55,048 nt of DNA from a virus (lineage: Duplodnaviria; Heunggongvirae; Uroviricota; Caudoviricetes), in IMG/VR virus record IMGVR_UViG_2541047910_000003, positions 1-55,048 of that record, one strand, 5' to 3'. The notes below the pieces were generated by a model, which was not told the origin of the DNA, searched no databases, and saw nothing but the letters and a program-made list of their open reading frames with translations. Shown here piece after piece: positions 1-10,038 of the stretch. Numbering within the stretch: the stretch's first letter is position 1; every line of letters starts with the position of its first letter. A program made the translations under genes and the position numbers.

Positions 1-30
1 ATGAGTTTTCTTTTGCCGTGTGGTGGAATT

Positions 31-525
31 ATGAATAATATAGATTTATTAAAAACTATAACAAACTACAAAAAAATCAAAAATCCGGCATACCCGGCTC
101 AGGAGAGTCTGTTAATACACTTATATATTAGAGTAAATGACAAAATCCAGAGTATTATAGAAAATGAATTGAGCGAGTATAGAATAAACACTTCAACATT
201 TATGGTGTTAGTTTCATTATATATGTCTGATGATTATTGTCAGTCCCCTTCTGATATTTACAAGGAGTTACAATTCTCCAAAACAAACATCACACACATC
301 ATAGACAAATTAGAAAAAAAGAATATTGCCAAAAGAATTAATAATAAAAACGATCGTCGAAGCAAAAGTATTTGCTTAACCCCTGACGGAGTTACACTTG
401 CTCAAAAACTAATAAACACTCAAAATGTAATGCTAAAGAAAATCTGGAGCGGGCTATCAGATGATGAAATGAAAACATTTGAACTCGCCAACAAAAAATT
501 ATTATCAAACCTTAATGTTAATTGA
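31..525 (+). CDS. MarR-family transcriptional regulator (winged HTH), AT-rich, probably horizontally acquired; ORF frame is open from position 1, likely ATG start at 31
   Basis: Translation has MarR-like wHTH core (TNITHIIDKLEKKNIAKRINNKNDRRSKSICLTPDG); followed by inverted-repeat terminator near 684-720. Confidence 0.55.
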   Translation: MNNIDLLKTITNYKKIKNPAYPAQESLLIHLYIRVNDKIQSIIENELSEYRINTSTFMVLVSLYMSDDYCQSPSDIYKELQFSKTNITHIIDKLEKKNIAKRINNKNDRRSKSICLTPDGVTLAQKLINTQNVMLKKIWSGLSDDEMKTFELANKKLLSNLNVN

Positions 526-683
526 TGTTAAAACATACTAACAGTCATCTTCTTACAATGTATTCTTCTGGAGAGAATAACTACCTGAATATATAAAGAC
601 ATTAATCACACTCTCATTTAATTACAATGAGCATAAGAGCCACCAATGTTTATGCTGGTTAGGCTTTATACAGGAAACAATAA

Positions 684-720
684 AAAAACGTCATTAAACA
701 AAGCGTTTTTAATGGCGTTG
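684..720. terminator. Inverted repeat hairpin (aacgtcattaaa...tttaatggcgtt), likely bidirectional terminator after MarR gene
   Basis: Perfect inverted repeat read directly in sequence. Confidence 0.4.
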
Positions 721-959
721 TTATTTAAAAGAAAGATATCAAATATAGATTAACCCCCATCGAATAAAGATGTTGTCTAATCATACCTGAAGGTATTTAT
801 CACTAGAATTTTATTTGTATAAATGGACATATACCATTGGAAGATTTAGAAAAGCATGTCTAGGAGTTTAAGGACAAATCTCATACTGATTATCGGAAGC
901 TTTTATCATTATATGATTACCAAGCATACAATGTATAATTATATACACTATTATTGTGA

Positions 960-1298
960 TTATAATTTGTTACTGTGCCACTCAAGGGCAATATCTTTGA
1001 AGGTGTTGTTTAACTGCGTTTCCCGGGCAATCTTTTCCTCTCGCTTCACTTCCATCAGATCGATTCCCCCAGAGATACCTCTTTTAGCTTCTTCAAGTTT
1101 TGCAGGAGCATCAGCTAAGGTGACCTCAGGATACACACCTAGTGCTAACAGCTTCTCTTTACCAGCTACACGATACTTGAGACGCCAATATTCTCCTCCA
1201 CCAGGTTTTACCAGGAGGTACAGACCACCACCATCAGCCAACTTGTAAGCCTTCTCTTTTGGCTTGGCAGTGTCTATTTGACGGGCATTGAGTTTCAC
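960..1298 (-). pseudogene. Truncated P4-type tyrosine integrase, N-terminal arm-binding domain only (DUF4102-like), remnant of older island
   Basis: 112 aa matches conserved N-terminus of P4-family integrases (KLxxRQIDTAKPKEKAYKLADGGGLYLLVKPGGGEYWRLKYRVAGKEKLLALGVYPEVTLADA); no catalytic domain follows; lies immediately downstream, on the same strand, of the 21-bp tRNA 3'-end copy. Confidence 0.7.
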
Positions 1299-1450
1299 TT
1301 GGGGGTATCTCCACTAAACTGAACAGCAAATCCCCTCAATTGCTTGTAGAGTTTGGGGTACTTAAATAGACGTCAAAAGACTAAAAGGGGCATTAATATA
1401 CTGATTATAAGAGGTTTTTAAATACTTGAGTAGACTTGGGGAGACGTTAG

Positions 1451-1471
1451 AATGGTGCCGATAATAGGAGT
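1451..1471. repeat. att-site copy: 21 bp identical to 3' end of tRNA-Thr (aatggtgccgataataggagt), distal junction of element B
   Basis: Exact match to 53603-53623 and 13991-14011. Confidence 0.8.
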
Positions 1472-1557
1472 AAAACACTCGATTAATCTCGTGTTAATGC
1501 CATCACCTACGACCATTACTAATTGATTGAATCTTATAGAAAAAATCATCATTTTCT

Positions 1558-2892
1558 ATGCGTTACAATCAATTTTCACATTACAAACGCTCCGACACTT
1601 TAGCCGGGGAGTTTATGAGATACAAGCCCAATCAATACATAATCTGTGATTCTTACGGTAACTACTATTTGAGGATCACATTGCCTGTGTATATGCAGCC
1701 CTTTTTTGAAGGAAAAAGGACGTTTGTCAGGAGTCTACATACAAGTAATCTTCGTGTTGCACGTAGAAAGCGTGATCAGATTGCAGATGAATACCATTGC
1801 TTACGGGAGAGTGTCGCTCCTGTAAACAGCACAATAGAGAACACGCTGGAACTGTTACGAAGTAAGGCTAAATACGCCAAAACAGCTACCAGAATGCAAG
1901 ATACAGCGTCTTCGTGTCCGTCATTGCTTAAAATTCTTGAAATCTACCTGACAATTAACAGCACGAAGAAGAAGCCAGCCACTTTAGCTAAGGCAAGAAA
2001 AGCGGTAGAGATGTTTCTCTCCTACCGTAAAAAGCCTGATATTGCATTGCAAGATGTGAGCCGCACCACTGTTACAGGCTGGATTGAACACATGCAAAAA
2101 ACCCTTTCACAACAATCAATTGCAAATTATATCAGCCCAATGGCCCAGCTATGGGAGTTAGCTTCATCACGTTACCACGATGCGCCAGAAAGGGCGCTCT
2201 CCCCCTGGCGAGGGCATAGGCTTGATGTGGCACAAAGTAGAGAGAGCTACGAGGCATTTTCTAACAAAGAGCTATTGCAGGTGTTGCAAGTATTTTCCGG
2301 TAATTCAGCAGAAAACAAAGAAATGATGGCTTTGTGTCTTATCGGTTTATATACAGGTATGCGGATCAATGAGATAGCAAGTCTCACAATAGACGATGTG
2401 AAAGAGATCGAAGGTGTGCTGTGTTTTGAAATCACACAGGGAAAAACGAAAGCTGCGGCACGTGTTGTGCCTGTGCATAGCCTTATCACTCCGTTGGTGT
2501 TGTCGCTGCGTGAAAAGCCTCATAATGGCTTTTTGTTCTATCACGCCAGCATTACAGAGCGTGCTGATGGTAAACGCTCTACGTGGCACACGCAGAGATT
2601 TACAAGAGCTAAACGAAAGGCTTTAGGGGAAAAGGGAACAGAAAGGAAAGTGTTTCATTCTCTGAGACACGGAGTAGCACAGCTTCTTGATCGAAATCAA
2701 ATTCCAGAAGACAGGATCGCCCTTCTCCTGGGCCATACACGCGGCAATACAGAGACATTCCGCACATATAGCAAGAATGCAGCTTCTCCAGTAGAGCTTA
2801 AAAACTATATTGAGCTTCTACGCTACCCTGAAATAGAGAAAGGCTTATCAATCAATAAAAAATCAAATTTAAGGCGTAAAACAACGCCATAG
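1558..2892 (+). CDS. Tyrosine recombinase/integrase of element B
   Basis: C-terminal catalytic region with HSLRHGVAQLL...LLGHTRGNTETFRTYS (R..HxxR..Y pattern); adjacent to att copy. Confidence 0.85.
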   Translation: MRYNQFSHYKRSDTLAGEFMRYKPNQYIICDSYGNYYLRITLPVYMQPFFEGKRTFVRSLHTSNLRVARRKRDQIADEYHCLRESVAPVNSTIENTLELLRSKAKYAKTATRMQDTASSCPSLLKILEIYLTINSTKKKPATLAKARKAVEMFLSYRKKPDIALQDVSRTTVTGWIEHMQKTLSQQSIANYISPMAQLWELASSRYHDAPERALSPWRGHRLDVAQSRESYEAFSNKELLQVLQVFSGNSAENKEMMALCLIGLYTGMRINEIASLTIDDVKEIEGVLCFEITQGKTKAAARVVPVHSLITPLVLSLREKPHNGFLFYHASITERADGKRSTWHTQRFTRAKRKALGEKGTERKVFHSLRHGVAQLLDRNQIPEDRIALLLGHTRGNTETFRTYSKNAASPVELKNYIELLRYPEIEKGLSINKKSNLRRKTTP

Positions 2893-2973
2893 ACGCAATA
2901 AAGAGGCTTCAACATAGATTGGTAGCCTCTTTTATAATTACATCGTTACAGAGCGTTTTAGAGGCGTTTACGG

Positions 2974-3687
2974 CTATTCCTGTTTAAAGGCAGGCGTAAT
3001 AGTGTCTTCACCTTCACTACTTGATCTTTCAGCGTTAACACGTTTCTTCAAATTCGCCCCGATGTTCTTAGATGGCTGTGTTTTGATAGCTACAGTGTTT
3101 ACAGTGCCATAAGACACTAATCTGATCTGTTCAAATTCCAAATCAAATACCAGGGATTCGCTTGCCTCTTCTGTGTATTCGATGCCTGTTAAAACAACGT
3201 TCTCAAAAGTTTTATTTTCTGTAACAAGAAGAAAAGGCTGTCTACTGTCCATAATCTGATTCAGATAATCTATAGCCAATGATCTTCTGTTCCCGTTCAC
3301 CCCTGCACTCTTTAACAAGCCAGGATCGCTTTTAATCGGTGTTTCAGTGATCCTTCCTTTAAGAGAAAACTTATTGTTTTTAATTTGAACGTGATCAGAC
3401 ACAGTAGCACCATTCTCTACGGGGTAGCTTGTGACATCTGCCGAACGTCTCACGTTCACATCGTCTACACTGTCAAAGGCCAGCGCCATATAATTTTCAT
3501 AAACGTCATTGCCAGAAGATGCCAAGCCACTGGTAACAATAGCAAACCCATTTTCTCCTTTTGTTTTATTGGCTTTGCTATTTTCGTTTTTTGTAGAGTT
3601 TATATCTTGTTCTGCTTTGTAAACAGCCTGAACGTGTTGTTCTGGAGTATTTGCTGCACGTATGGTTAAAATTCCCGCCGTTGCCAT
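2974..3687 (-). CDS. Hypothetical protein, last gene of structural-like minus-strand operon of element B
   Basis: 237-aa ORF tightly following the 611-aa ORF; no recognisable motif. Confidence 0.4.
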   Translation of the reverse strand: MATAGILTIRAANTPEQHVQAVYKAEQDINSTKNENSKANKTKGENGFAIVTSGLASSGNDVYENYMALAFDSVDDVNVRRSADVTSYPVENGATVSDHVQIKNNKFSLKGRITETPIKSDPGLLKSAGVNGNRRSLAIDYLNQIMDSRQPFLLVTENKTFENVVLTGIEYTEEASESLVFDLEFEQIRLVSYGTVNTVAIKTQPSKNIGANLKKRVNAERSSSEGEDTITPAFKQE

Positions 3688-3717
3688 AATAATTTCCTTG
3701 TAATGTTATGGCGGGAA

Positions 3718-5553
3718 TTACCCGCCGTTGGATTGTCCTGATAAGCTGGTTAATGTTAATGATTTCAAGAAGCTATCCCGACTTGCTCTCGCTGTAAAAT
3801 CCACATAATCGCTTAATCTTGATGTGTCAGAATTAATAGTAAGAGGAACCTCTGTTACCACTTCAAATGTAGGATTCAGATTAAACACAGGAGATAAATT
3901 ATAAGCTGGAGTTGTCATTGTAAGATTATTTAAAGCACCCTGTTTGAGATTGGTTATCGGTGCTTCGCTGACTGACATTTTTACATCTGACACAGAAGAA
4001 GCATTATCATCGAAAAGCCATCCCTTAATTGTGTTAAAAAGAGAATGACTATTATCAGGTGTAGTTGTTGCAGTTCCAGCGCCTTTATATTGGTCAGGAA
4101 CGAGATTAGAAAGATGCTGTTTCATCCCTTCATTGCTTAATGGCGGTGCATCTCCCATATTTTTCTGAATAGCATCTGTCTTATCATCATTACGATTAAA
4201 CCAGTTTACAATCTTCATAATGGCCTCAAAGAGACTTCCTGTAGCTTCTCCCAGCTTCGTAAAATACGGAGTGAGATTAGAAAGGTTTTTCATAAACTCT
4301 TCCGTTACTTTTGGATCGAGAGATTTCATAAAGCCGTCTACAAATGCTACTTGTCTTGCATCAGAAAGCTGTGAAAGCTGTCTGTTTAGTTCTCTGAATT
4401 TAACAATAGATTCTTGCTGTGTTTCTGTTAGCCATTTTCCAGAGGCTTTTTGCTGATTAATACTTTCTTGTACATCTTTAACGGAACGTTGCCAATATTT
4501 TGATGTAAGCATCAAATCATCGCCCAGGTCTTCTAAACGTTGTCCAATTTGGGAGTCTGAAAACCCTTTTTTCATCATTCCATTAACAGCCTTAGAAATT
4601 AATCCGGCTGGATTATCAGCAAATTTTTTAAGGTCGCTCTTGTTAATAACACCGATGTTTAGAAGTTCATTAATAGCGTTATCACCGCCTTTCCACTCGC
4701 CGCCTTTACCAGTTTTTTTATCGACTACATATTCAGCTTCACTATAGGATTTTGCGGCACGTTCCCTAACATCTTTCATCTGATCCAGGTATTTCCTAGC
4801 CCCTTGATCACCCATCATAGAGTCAACGCCGTTTCTATACGCCCATTCTGTAATATTATACATCTGGTTAACGTCTACACCGCCAAGCCTTGCACGTTGG
4901 ATTAATTCTCCTTGTGTTTCAGCATTAGCGAAGCTATTAGCCATAAACTCGGCGGTTTTACTAACAGCCATCACGCCAGCAGCAGCCGTAGCGCCTCCAA
5001 ATAACAGAGCGCCCATAGTGGCGGAATTCCCTGATCCTCCCTTAACGGGGGCAAATTGAGCTTTTCTGTTGCCATTAATCTTACGTTGTTGTTGTTGTAA
5101 GCGTTTCATTTGGCTATTCATACGTGCAAGCGAGATAGCGCCTTGTTCGTATTGTTTCGCTATCTCTCTAGCCTGTGCAATAGCTTTATATTGTTCCGCT
5201 ACAGAGAGGCGGTGCATTGCACTTATAGAGCTTGACACATCAAGGAGTTTTAATTCTGCTTTCTCTTTACGTGCTGCTATTTGTGCCTGTTGCCTTGCCT
5301 GTGCTCTTGCTGCGGCAGCTTGTGCTCTTTGATTCTGTTTTTCGTTTTTCGCTTTCTGTTGAGCAATCTTATCTACTTCACTTTGTGCTTTCTTATAGCC
5401 TTTAGTGACATTATCAAATCTTAATTTAGCTGGCTTGATGTTCTCTGCGAATTCCTTTAAGCCTGTAATAGAGTCTTTCGCTTTTTTCAAGCTGTCTTTA
5501 TCTACACTAAATGTTACTGTGTTCTTAATTTTAGAAGTGTTAATTTCTAACAT
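3718..5553 (-). CDS. Large coiled-coil, Gly-rich hydrophobic protein (tape-measure/internal-virion/scaffold-like), function unknown
   Basis: 611 aa; long Q/A/K/R coiled-coil N-terminal region (QQKAKNEKQNQRAQAAAARAQARQQAQIAARKEK) then GGSGNSATMGALLFGGATAAAGVMAV segment; no NTPase motifs. Confidence 0.5.
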   Translation of the reverse strand: MLEINTSKIKNTVTFSVDKDSLKKAKDSITGLKEFAENIKPAKLRFDNVTKGYKKAQSEVDKIAQQKAKNEKQNQRAQAAAARAQARQQAQIAARKEKAELKLLDVSSSISAMHRLSVAEQYKAIAQAREIAKQYEQGAISLARMNSQMKRLQQQQRKINGNRKAQFAPVKGGSGNSATMGALLFGGATAAAGVMAVSKTAEFMANSFANAETQGELIQRARLGGVDVNQMYNITEWAYRNGVDSMMGDQGARKYLDQMKDVRERAAKSYSEAEYVVDKKTGKGGEWKGGDNAINELLNIGVINKSDLKKFADNPAGLISKAVNGMMKKGFSDSQIGQRLEDLGDDLMLTSKYWQRSVKDVQESINQQKASGKWLTETQQESIVKFRELNRQLSQLSDARQVAFVDGFMKSLDPKVTEEFMKNLSNLTPYFTKLGEATGSLFEAIMKIVNWFNRNDDKTDAIQKNMGDAPPLSNEGMKQHLSNLVPDQYKGAGTATTTPDNSHSLFNTIKGWLFDDNASSVSDVKMSVSEAPITNLKQGALNNLTMTTPAYNLSPVFNLNPTFEVVTEVPLTINSDTSRLSDYVDFTARASRDSFLKSLTLTSLSGQSNGG

Positions 5554-5772
5554 TTAAAACCCCCCCTTATTAATCATTTTACCACCTTCTTTACTTAAGA
5601 AATGGTGTAGAGCCTGATCAATACTCTCGTTTAGTCTGAACATACGGGCTTTTACGCCTTCATATGGAACATCTAAGAGAGAACAGAGATATTTCAGATT
5701 TAACAAGCCTCTAGAATCATTAGCATCTAAATGTACGTGTACACCATTTTTTGATTTCAAAATCACTTCCAT
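5554..5772 (-). CDS. Small hypothetical protein (72 aa) translationally abutting 611-aa ORF
   Basis: ORF stop abuts the downstream start at 5553. Confidence 0.35.
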   Translation of the reverse strand: MEVILKSKNGVHVHLDANDSRGLLNLKYLCSLLDVPYEGVKARMFRLNESIDQALHHFLSKEGGKMINKGGF

Positions 5773-5799
5773 ATTTTAATCACCTCTCAAAATTTAAAA

Positions 5800-5842
5800 A
5801 TAAATAAAAAAAGGCGAAGCGTGAATACACGCCACGCCTCTA
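5800..5842 (-). terminator. Rho-independent terminator directly after capsid-like gene (GC hairpin then T7 run on minus strand)
   Basis: Minus strand: ggcgtggcgtgtattcacgcttcgcc followed by ttttttt. Confidence 0.6.
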
Positions 5843-5857
5843 TTACACGTTAAAATA

Positions 5858-6886
5858 TTATTTAACAGTGATTTGAACGGAGAAGCCTACACCGTGGTTT
5901 ACAACCATCTGGCTATTCTCTGTAACAACGTTAACAGCATCACCACGAGAAGATTCATAGCTGTAACTATACACCTCAGCAGGAGCGGCATTAATCAGTT
6001 CAAAGGTGCTGGAAGCCGCCCCATAGATGGCCTGGTAGACGTTAGAGAATTTAGCGAATTTAGGCACAGCTACAGCGTCTGCGGTCATATGTGCAAGGTG
6101 TAGCGGATCTACCAGTTTAACAACATCAATGTTAGTTCCTGGAATAGTGAACGCTGTCACTCCTGGTAGCAGGTCACGACGCTGATACACAACGTTCCCT
6201 TCTTCCAGTGGGCTTACATACTGGAATGCGTTTGCCATACCAGCAGAGAATCGAATTGCAGAGAAGGCTTCCGGCTTACAGAAAACAACAATACGCTCTA
6301 CAGCAGCCGCCTGGCTTTGTGCTTTTTCGATAATGTCAGTAGCAATCTGATCAAATTCTTTAAAAATCTTCGTGGTGTCAGTGCTGGAAGCGTTCACAGT
6401 GGCTTTCATAGCTGATACGTTAAACAGCTTGCCCCACTCAATTAACACATCATCAGTTTTAGGCGTGTAAGTTTTGCCAGAGAACAAAGAAGCAGCCAAT
6501 ACGCTCTCTTTTGTACGCTGGAATGCAACATTGTGTTTAGCAACATATTCCGCGTAGATATCAGTGAGTGTTTCCTGGAAATCAGTGCCAGGTTTACGTT
6601 TGCCTTGAACATCAGAAGGACGGATCACATCTTCACGCAGGAAGTAAGGGATCTCGATCAGCCATTCTTTACCTTGTTCTCGCTTAGTAACATTGTGTTC
6701 AGAAGAGAAACGAGAGGTTTCTTTGTTGAACAGAGATTCGTTGCTTTCGACAAGCTGGGAAACAGCTACTTTATGAGATGTAACCCCTACAGAATCCGTA
6801 AAATCAAGGGTAGAAAGCAGATAATTTCTAGTGCTATGCGCAGAGAACAGAGGAGCTAAATCAACGTAATCATTACCTAGAATCAT
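5858..6886 (-). CDS. Major capsid protein homologue, T7 gp10-like
   Basis: 342 aa; segment VERIVVFCKPEAFSAIRFSAGMANAFQYVSPLEEG resembles T7 gp10A PAADRVFYCDPDSYSAILAALMPNAANYAALIDPEKG; size matches gp10A (345 aa); terminator immediately downstream as in T7. Confidence 0.5.
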   Translation of the reverse strand: MILGNDYVDLAPLFSAHSTRNYLLSTLDFTDSVGVTSHKVAVSQLVESNESLFNKETSRFSSEHNVTKREQGKEWLIEIPYFLREDVIRPSDVQGKRKPGTDFQETLTDIYAEYVAKHNVAFQRTKESVLAASLFSGKTYTPKTDDVLIEWGKLFNVSAMKATVNASSTDTTKIFKEFDQIATDIIEKAQSQAAAVERIVVFCKPEAFSAIRFSAGMANAFQYVSPLEEGNVVYQRRDLLPGVTAFTIPGTNIDVVKLVDPLHLAHMTADAVAVPKFAKFSNVYQAIYGAASSTFELINAAPAEVYSYSYESSRGDAVNVVTENSQMVVNHGVGFSVQITVK

Positions 6887-6904
6887 TTATTATTATTCCT
6901 TTTA

Positions 6905-7267
6905 TTAAGAAGTGAAAACAGAATGGAACCCTTCAAGCTGGAAGCCTTTTTTAATTAATGCTGTTTTTGCTGCTTCACTTACAGCATTCAGGGCATCAGC
7001 TTTAATGCATACAAGCCCAGCATTGCTACGTAAAACATCTACAGGCTTGTTGTCTCCAGCCGTTACAAATTCACTCATAACAACATAGATATCATCTCCT
7101 GATACATATTTAGCGCCCGTGCTGGTGATCAAGTCGCCGCACTCAACATCAGCAGGAAGAGAAGCAAAAACCTTGCTTTCTACAGAGGCAAACGGATCAG
7201 TACAATAACTTACAATATCTGTGAAAGTCTTTCTAACTGGAAACAGAGTGTCTAAATCAATAATCAT
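6905..7267 (-). CDS. Hypothetical 120-aa protein upstream of capsid gene (possible scaffold/decoration)
   Basis: Position and size only. Confidence 0.4.
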   Translation of the reverse strand: MIIDLDTLFPVRKTFTDIVSYCTDPFASVESKVFASLPADVECGDLITSTGAKYVSGDDIYVVMSEFVTAGDNKPVDVLRSNAGLVCIKADALNAVSEAAKTALIKKGFQLEGFHSVFTS

Positions 7268-7476
7268 TTAGTAATCTCCTTAGCTTTTAATTTGATTAAT
7301 TCATTAATGGAAGGTGTAGACGGAGAAGAAGGAGAAAAATATTTTTCAACACATCGTTCTACGTCCTCTACAGAACACCCAGCGTATTTAGCTACCATTT
7401 CGGTAATTTGTGGATTAATTTTCAGCATTTCATCTTTATACTTGATGATTTGCTCTTTATCATTTAAGAACAACAT
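7264..7476 (-). CDS. Hypothetical 70-aa protein
   Basis: ORF overlapping start of downstream gene by 4 nt. Confidence 0.35.
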   Translation of the reverse strand: MLFLNDKEQIIKYKDEMLKINPQITEMVAKYAGCSVEDVERCVEKYFSPSSPSTPSINELIKLKAKEITK

Positions 7477-7806
7477 TTATATAAACCTTGTTACCTTGTT
7501 TAAAGTAAGAAATACAACTTTTAAGTTGCATAACGGGCAAAATAAAAGGCAGCATTTAAAGCCGCCTTTGTAATTACCCTATGTTATGCACACTCCAAGA
7601 TGTATGCATAACAAAGGAAAAAAGAGGTATAATGACACAGTATTACTTAAGGAGGAGAAGCGGGGAGCGGAGATTTTACTCCCCTTTAACGACAAGAAGA
7701 ATTTTTAATATCGAACCAATAAAGGAAAAATAATAACCCTATATAATTATATTAACATACAATATATGAAATGTCAAGATATTTTACAACTTTTTTGTTG
7801 CTTTTT

Positions 7807-8172
7807 TTATTCTTCTGTGATAGTAGCGCCTAAGCGTTGAGCTAGTTCAACAAGTCCATCTCCTACATAGCGAACATCAGAGTCGATATCTTCTATCCAG
7901 TTTGATAGCTCCCATAGCTGAGAGGCTGTCAGGTATGCGTTCTCACGCTTACAGAGCATCTCTACACGCTTAGAGAGGTGCTCAAAGGCATTCACAGCTA
8001 AATCCCAGTGTTTAAACGCCTCATTTAGTGCCGCTGGCGTGTTTTCTTTGTATGCTTCAAGTTCAGCGCGGTTTAAAGGCAGGAGGTAATCATCCTCATA
8101 ATAATTAATTAGTGAGTAAATTGTGTCATACGTGTTTTTGTTCATATTAAAAGTCTCCATAGTGATCAGCAT
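7807..8172 (-). CDS. Hypothetical 121-aa protein
   Basis: ORF in operon context. Confidence 0.4.
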   Translation of the reverse strand: MLITMETFNMNKNTYDTIYSLINYYEDDYLLPLNRAELEAYKENTPAALNEAFKHWDLAVNAFEHLSKRVEMLCKRENAYLTASQLWELSNWIEDIDSDVRYVGDGLVELAQRLGATITEE

Positions 8173-8557
8173 TATCTAAAATTTGAAAGTCTGGAACTAA
8201 ATTATTTAGGCCATTGGTGGCGAGATAACCAACGTAGTGGTTATAGTCTTCAAATCCTAAAATCTGGTATTTGCGTAAATCAGAGCTATCAACAATATAC
8301 TCTTTTCTTTTTCTAGGTTTCCAGAATACGCCAGGTGTTGAAGATAAGATTTCTTGTAAGGCGTTAAATTCATCTCCACAAGGCACAGAGGGAGAATGTT
8401 CTATGATCTCTGTTTTCCATTCGCCAGGGGCGCTATTATGCTTGGTGAGCGTAACTAGCTCTTTAAAGTCTTTGCGTCTTAGAATAGATTTAGGTTTACT
8501 TAGAAGAGAAGCTGAATCACCGATTTTCTTAACAACGTTGTTTTTTCTTTTTGCCAT
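8147..8557 (-). CDS. Hypothetical protein with strongly basic N-terminus (MAKRKNNVVKKIG), possible DNA-binding/internal protein
   Basis: 136 aa ORF. Confidence 0.4.
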   Translation of the reverse strand: MAKRKNNVVKKIGDSASLLSKPKSILRRKDFKELVTLTKHNSAPGEWKTEIIEHSPSVPCGDEFNALQEILSSTPGVFWKPRKRKEYIVDSSDLRKYQILGFEDYNHYVGYLATNGLNNLVPDFQILDNADHYGDF

Positions 8558-8686
8558 TTATTTTTCCTTTTCTTTTAAAGGAAAACACCCCGAAATATGC
8601 TTCTAACGTGAGAAAGAACAATAACCAATACATAGCTACTATCATAATAATGTTTTCCTTTTATATTTTAATTACATAGAGAGATT

Positions 8687-8965
8687 TTAGAGAGTGGAAT
8701 AGATGAATTCTATTTCTTTATCTAGTCTTTTGAGATTGAATGTAGAGAAAGATAATTCTTTAATCTCTATAACACCGAAATTTGATAGCTGTTTCAGCCA
8801 GAATTTTAAACCAGCTTCAGAGCACCCTGCTCGATGTAACACATCGCTATATTTTAGCGGTGTTGGCTTTCCTTTATAGAGGTAAGCAAGTGTCTCGTAG
8901 ATGCGTTTTCCTGTGTCATTACACTGAATTCTGTCTACTTGATTTTTTACTAAATATTGAATCAT
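8687..8965 (-). CDS. Small winged-helix-like DNA-binding protein (92 aa)
   Basis: Helix-rich, basic; adjacent to Rep-like gene. Confidence 0.35.
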   Translation of the reverse strand: MIQYLVKNQVDRIQCNDTGKRIYETLAYLYKGKPTPLKYSDVLHRAGCSEAGLKFWLKQLSNFGVIEIKELSFSTFNLKRLDKEIEFIYSTL

Positions 8966-8976
8966 AACCCTCCTTA

Positions 8977-9708
8977 TTAAAATGGAATATCAAAGTCGTC
9001 ATATACATTTGGGTAATGCTTAGAAAAATATGCCTCAATACCATTTGGTCGTTTTAGCCCGTATCTACAAGCTAGTGAATTTGCAAACTCAATAAATGAT
9101 GCTCCTCCTGTTCGTGTGTGTTTCTCCTGGATGATAAGAGAGGCAAAATTCTCTAACACATCCTCCTCATTATCATTAGCTACCTTTTCACTTGATGAAA
9201 CAGGTGTTTCTTCCGTCTCCCACGGCAAAGGCGCATCCCAATCATCAAGAACATCAAAAGAAGGCTGTTTATGGCCTTTAGGTTGTTCCTGTGCTTCTTC
9301 TGCCTCAGAAAGATCAGAGAGTGATGATTCTCCTGGGGGAGTAATATGTGCATCTGTAAATGGTAATGCTTTATAGAGTGATGTTTGACCGTCCCGTGCC
9401 TCTACAGAAAGAACTCCCATATCAACAAACATATTTATAATATTGCGAACCTGGCGATCACTAACCATTCCAATATTAGCTAATGTTTTTTGAGTAGCGT
9501 AACATTCTTGCCCTTGTTCATTGAATCCAGCTATATAGCTATAGATTTCAACGGCTGGCAGTGTAGCGGTGTATTCATTACCAGATGGTGAATACCATTT
9601 TTTAAACATCTTCAACCATTGCTCAACAACTACATATTTTTGTTTACCATCTTTCTGATTTAGACATTTGGCTTTCGCTTCGGCAATTGTTTTGATATTT
9701 TTGATCAT
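8977..9708 (-). CDS. Putative replication initiator (N-terminal wHTH, acidic C-terminal region)
   Basis: 243 aa; HTH-like segment TQKTLANIGMVSDRQVRNIINMFVDMGVL; located next to iteron-rich region. Confidence 0.45.
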   Translation of the reverse strand: MIKNIKTIAEAKAKCLNQKDGKQKYVVVEQWLKMFKKWYSPSGNEYTATLPAVEIYSYIAGFNEQGQECYATQKTLANIGMVSDRQVRNIINMFVDMGVLSVEARDGQTSLYKALPFTDAHITPPGESSLSDLSEAEEAQEQPKGHKQPSFDVLDDWDAPLPWETEETPVSSSEKVANDNEEDVLENFASLIIQEKHTRTGGASFIEFANSLACRYGLKRPNGIEAYFSKHYPNVYDDFDIPF

Positions 9709-9832
9709 TTAGTTCCTCCTTTGTAAGGACTGTAATTAGTAGTTCATTAACAAGTTTTGGAATTGATTTCCCTTCTGCCTTTGCGCGATTTAACAACGCG
9801 TTATAAGTTGCAGAATCAAAATTAATATTCAT
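9644..9832 (-). CDS. Ribbon-helix-helix (Arc/CopG-like) DNA-binding protein
   Basis: MNINFDSATYNALLNRAKAEGKSIPKLVNELL is a classic RHH beta-strand + two helices. Confidence 0.5.
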   Translation of the reverse strand: MNINFDSATYNALLNRAKAEGKSIPKLVNELLITVLTKEELNDQKYQNNCRSESQMSKSERW

Positions 9833-9855
9833 TTGGTTTTCTCCTTCTCCTGTTA

Positions 9856-10038
9856 TTATTCTTTCTCTGCTTCTTTCTTACGCAGTTCATCAATAATCTT
9901 GAGTGCTTCATTGAAGCAAGCTGCTCGCTCTGGATAACCTCGACTCCTTGCCATATTACGATTCATTACTACTTGGTGGCGTGTAAGCTCACCTTCTTTA
10001 AATGCCTGTACGACGTGTTCCGGTGTAAACCATTTCAT
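9856..10038 (-). CDS. Hypothetical 60-aa protein, first gene of minus-strand operon
   Basis: ORF with upstream AT-rich promoter region. Confidence 0.35.
   Translation of the reverse strand: MKWFTPEHVVQAFKEGELTRHQVVMNRNMARSRGYPERAACFNEALKIIDELRKKEAEKE

Noticed and set aside
856-1248. 130-aa plus-strand ORF
   Set aside because: Lies antisense to the better-supported P4-type integrase N-terminal fragment and has a low-complexity, unprotein-like composition.
7600-7710. Possible small RNA (tataat-like promoter, strong SD-like aaggagg, hairpin ggggag...ctcccc) in the 7477-7806 intergenic region
   Set aside because: There is no start codon after the SD, the hairpin has only a weak T-run, and orientation relative to the operon is ambiguous. 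Evidence is too thin to call a feature.
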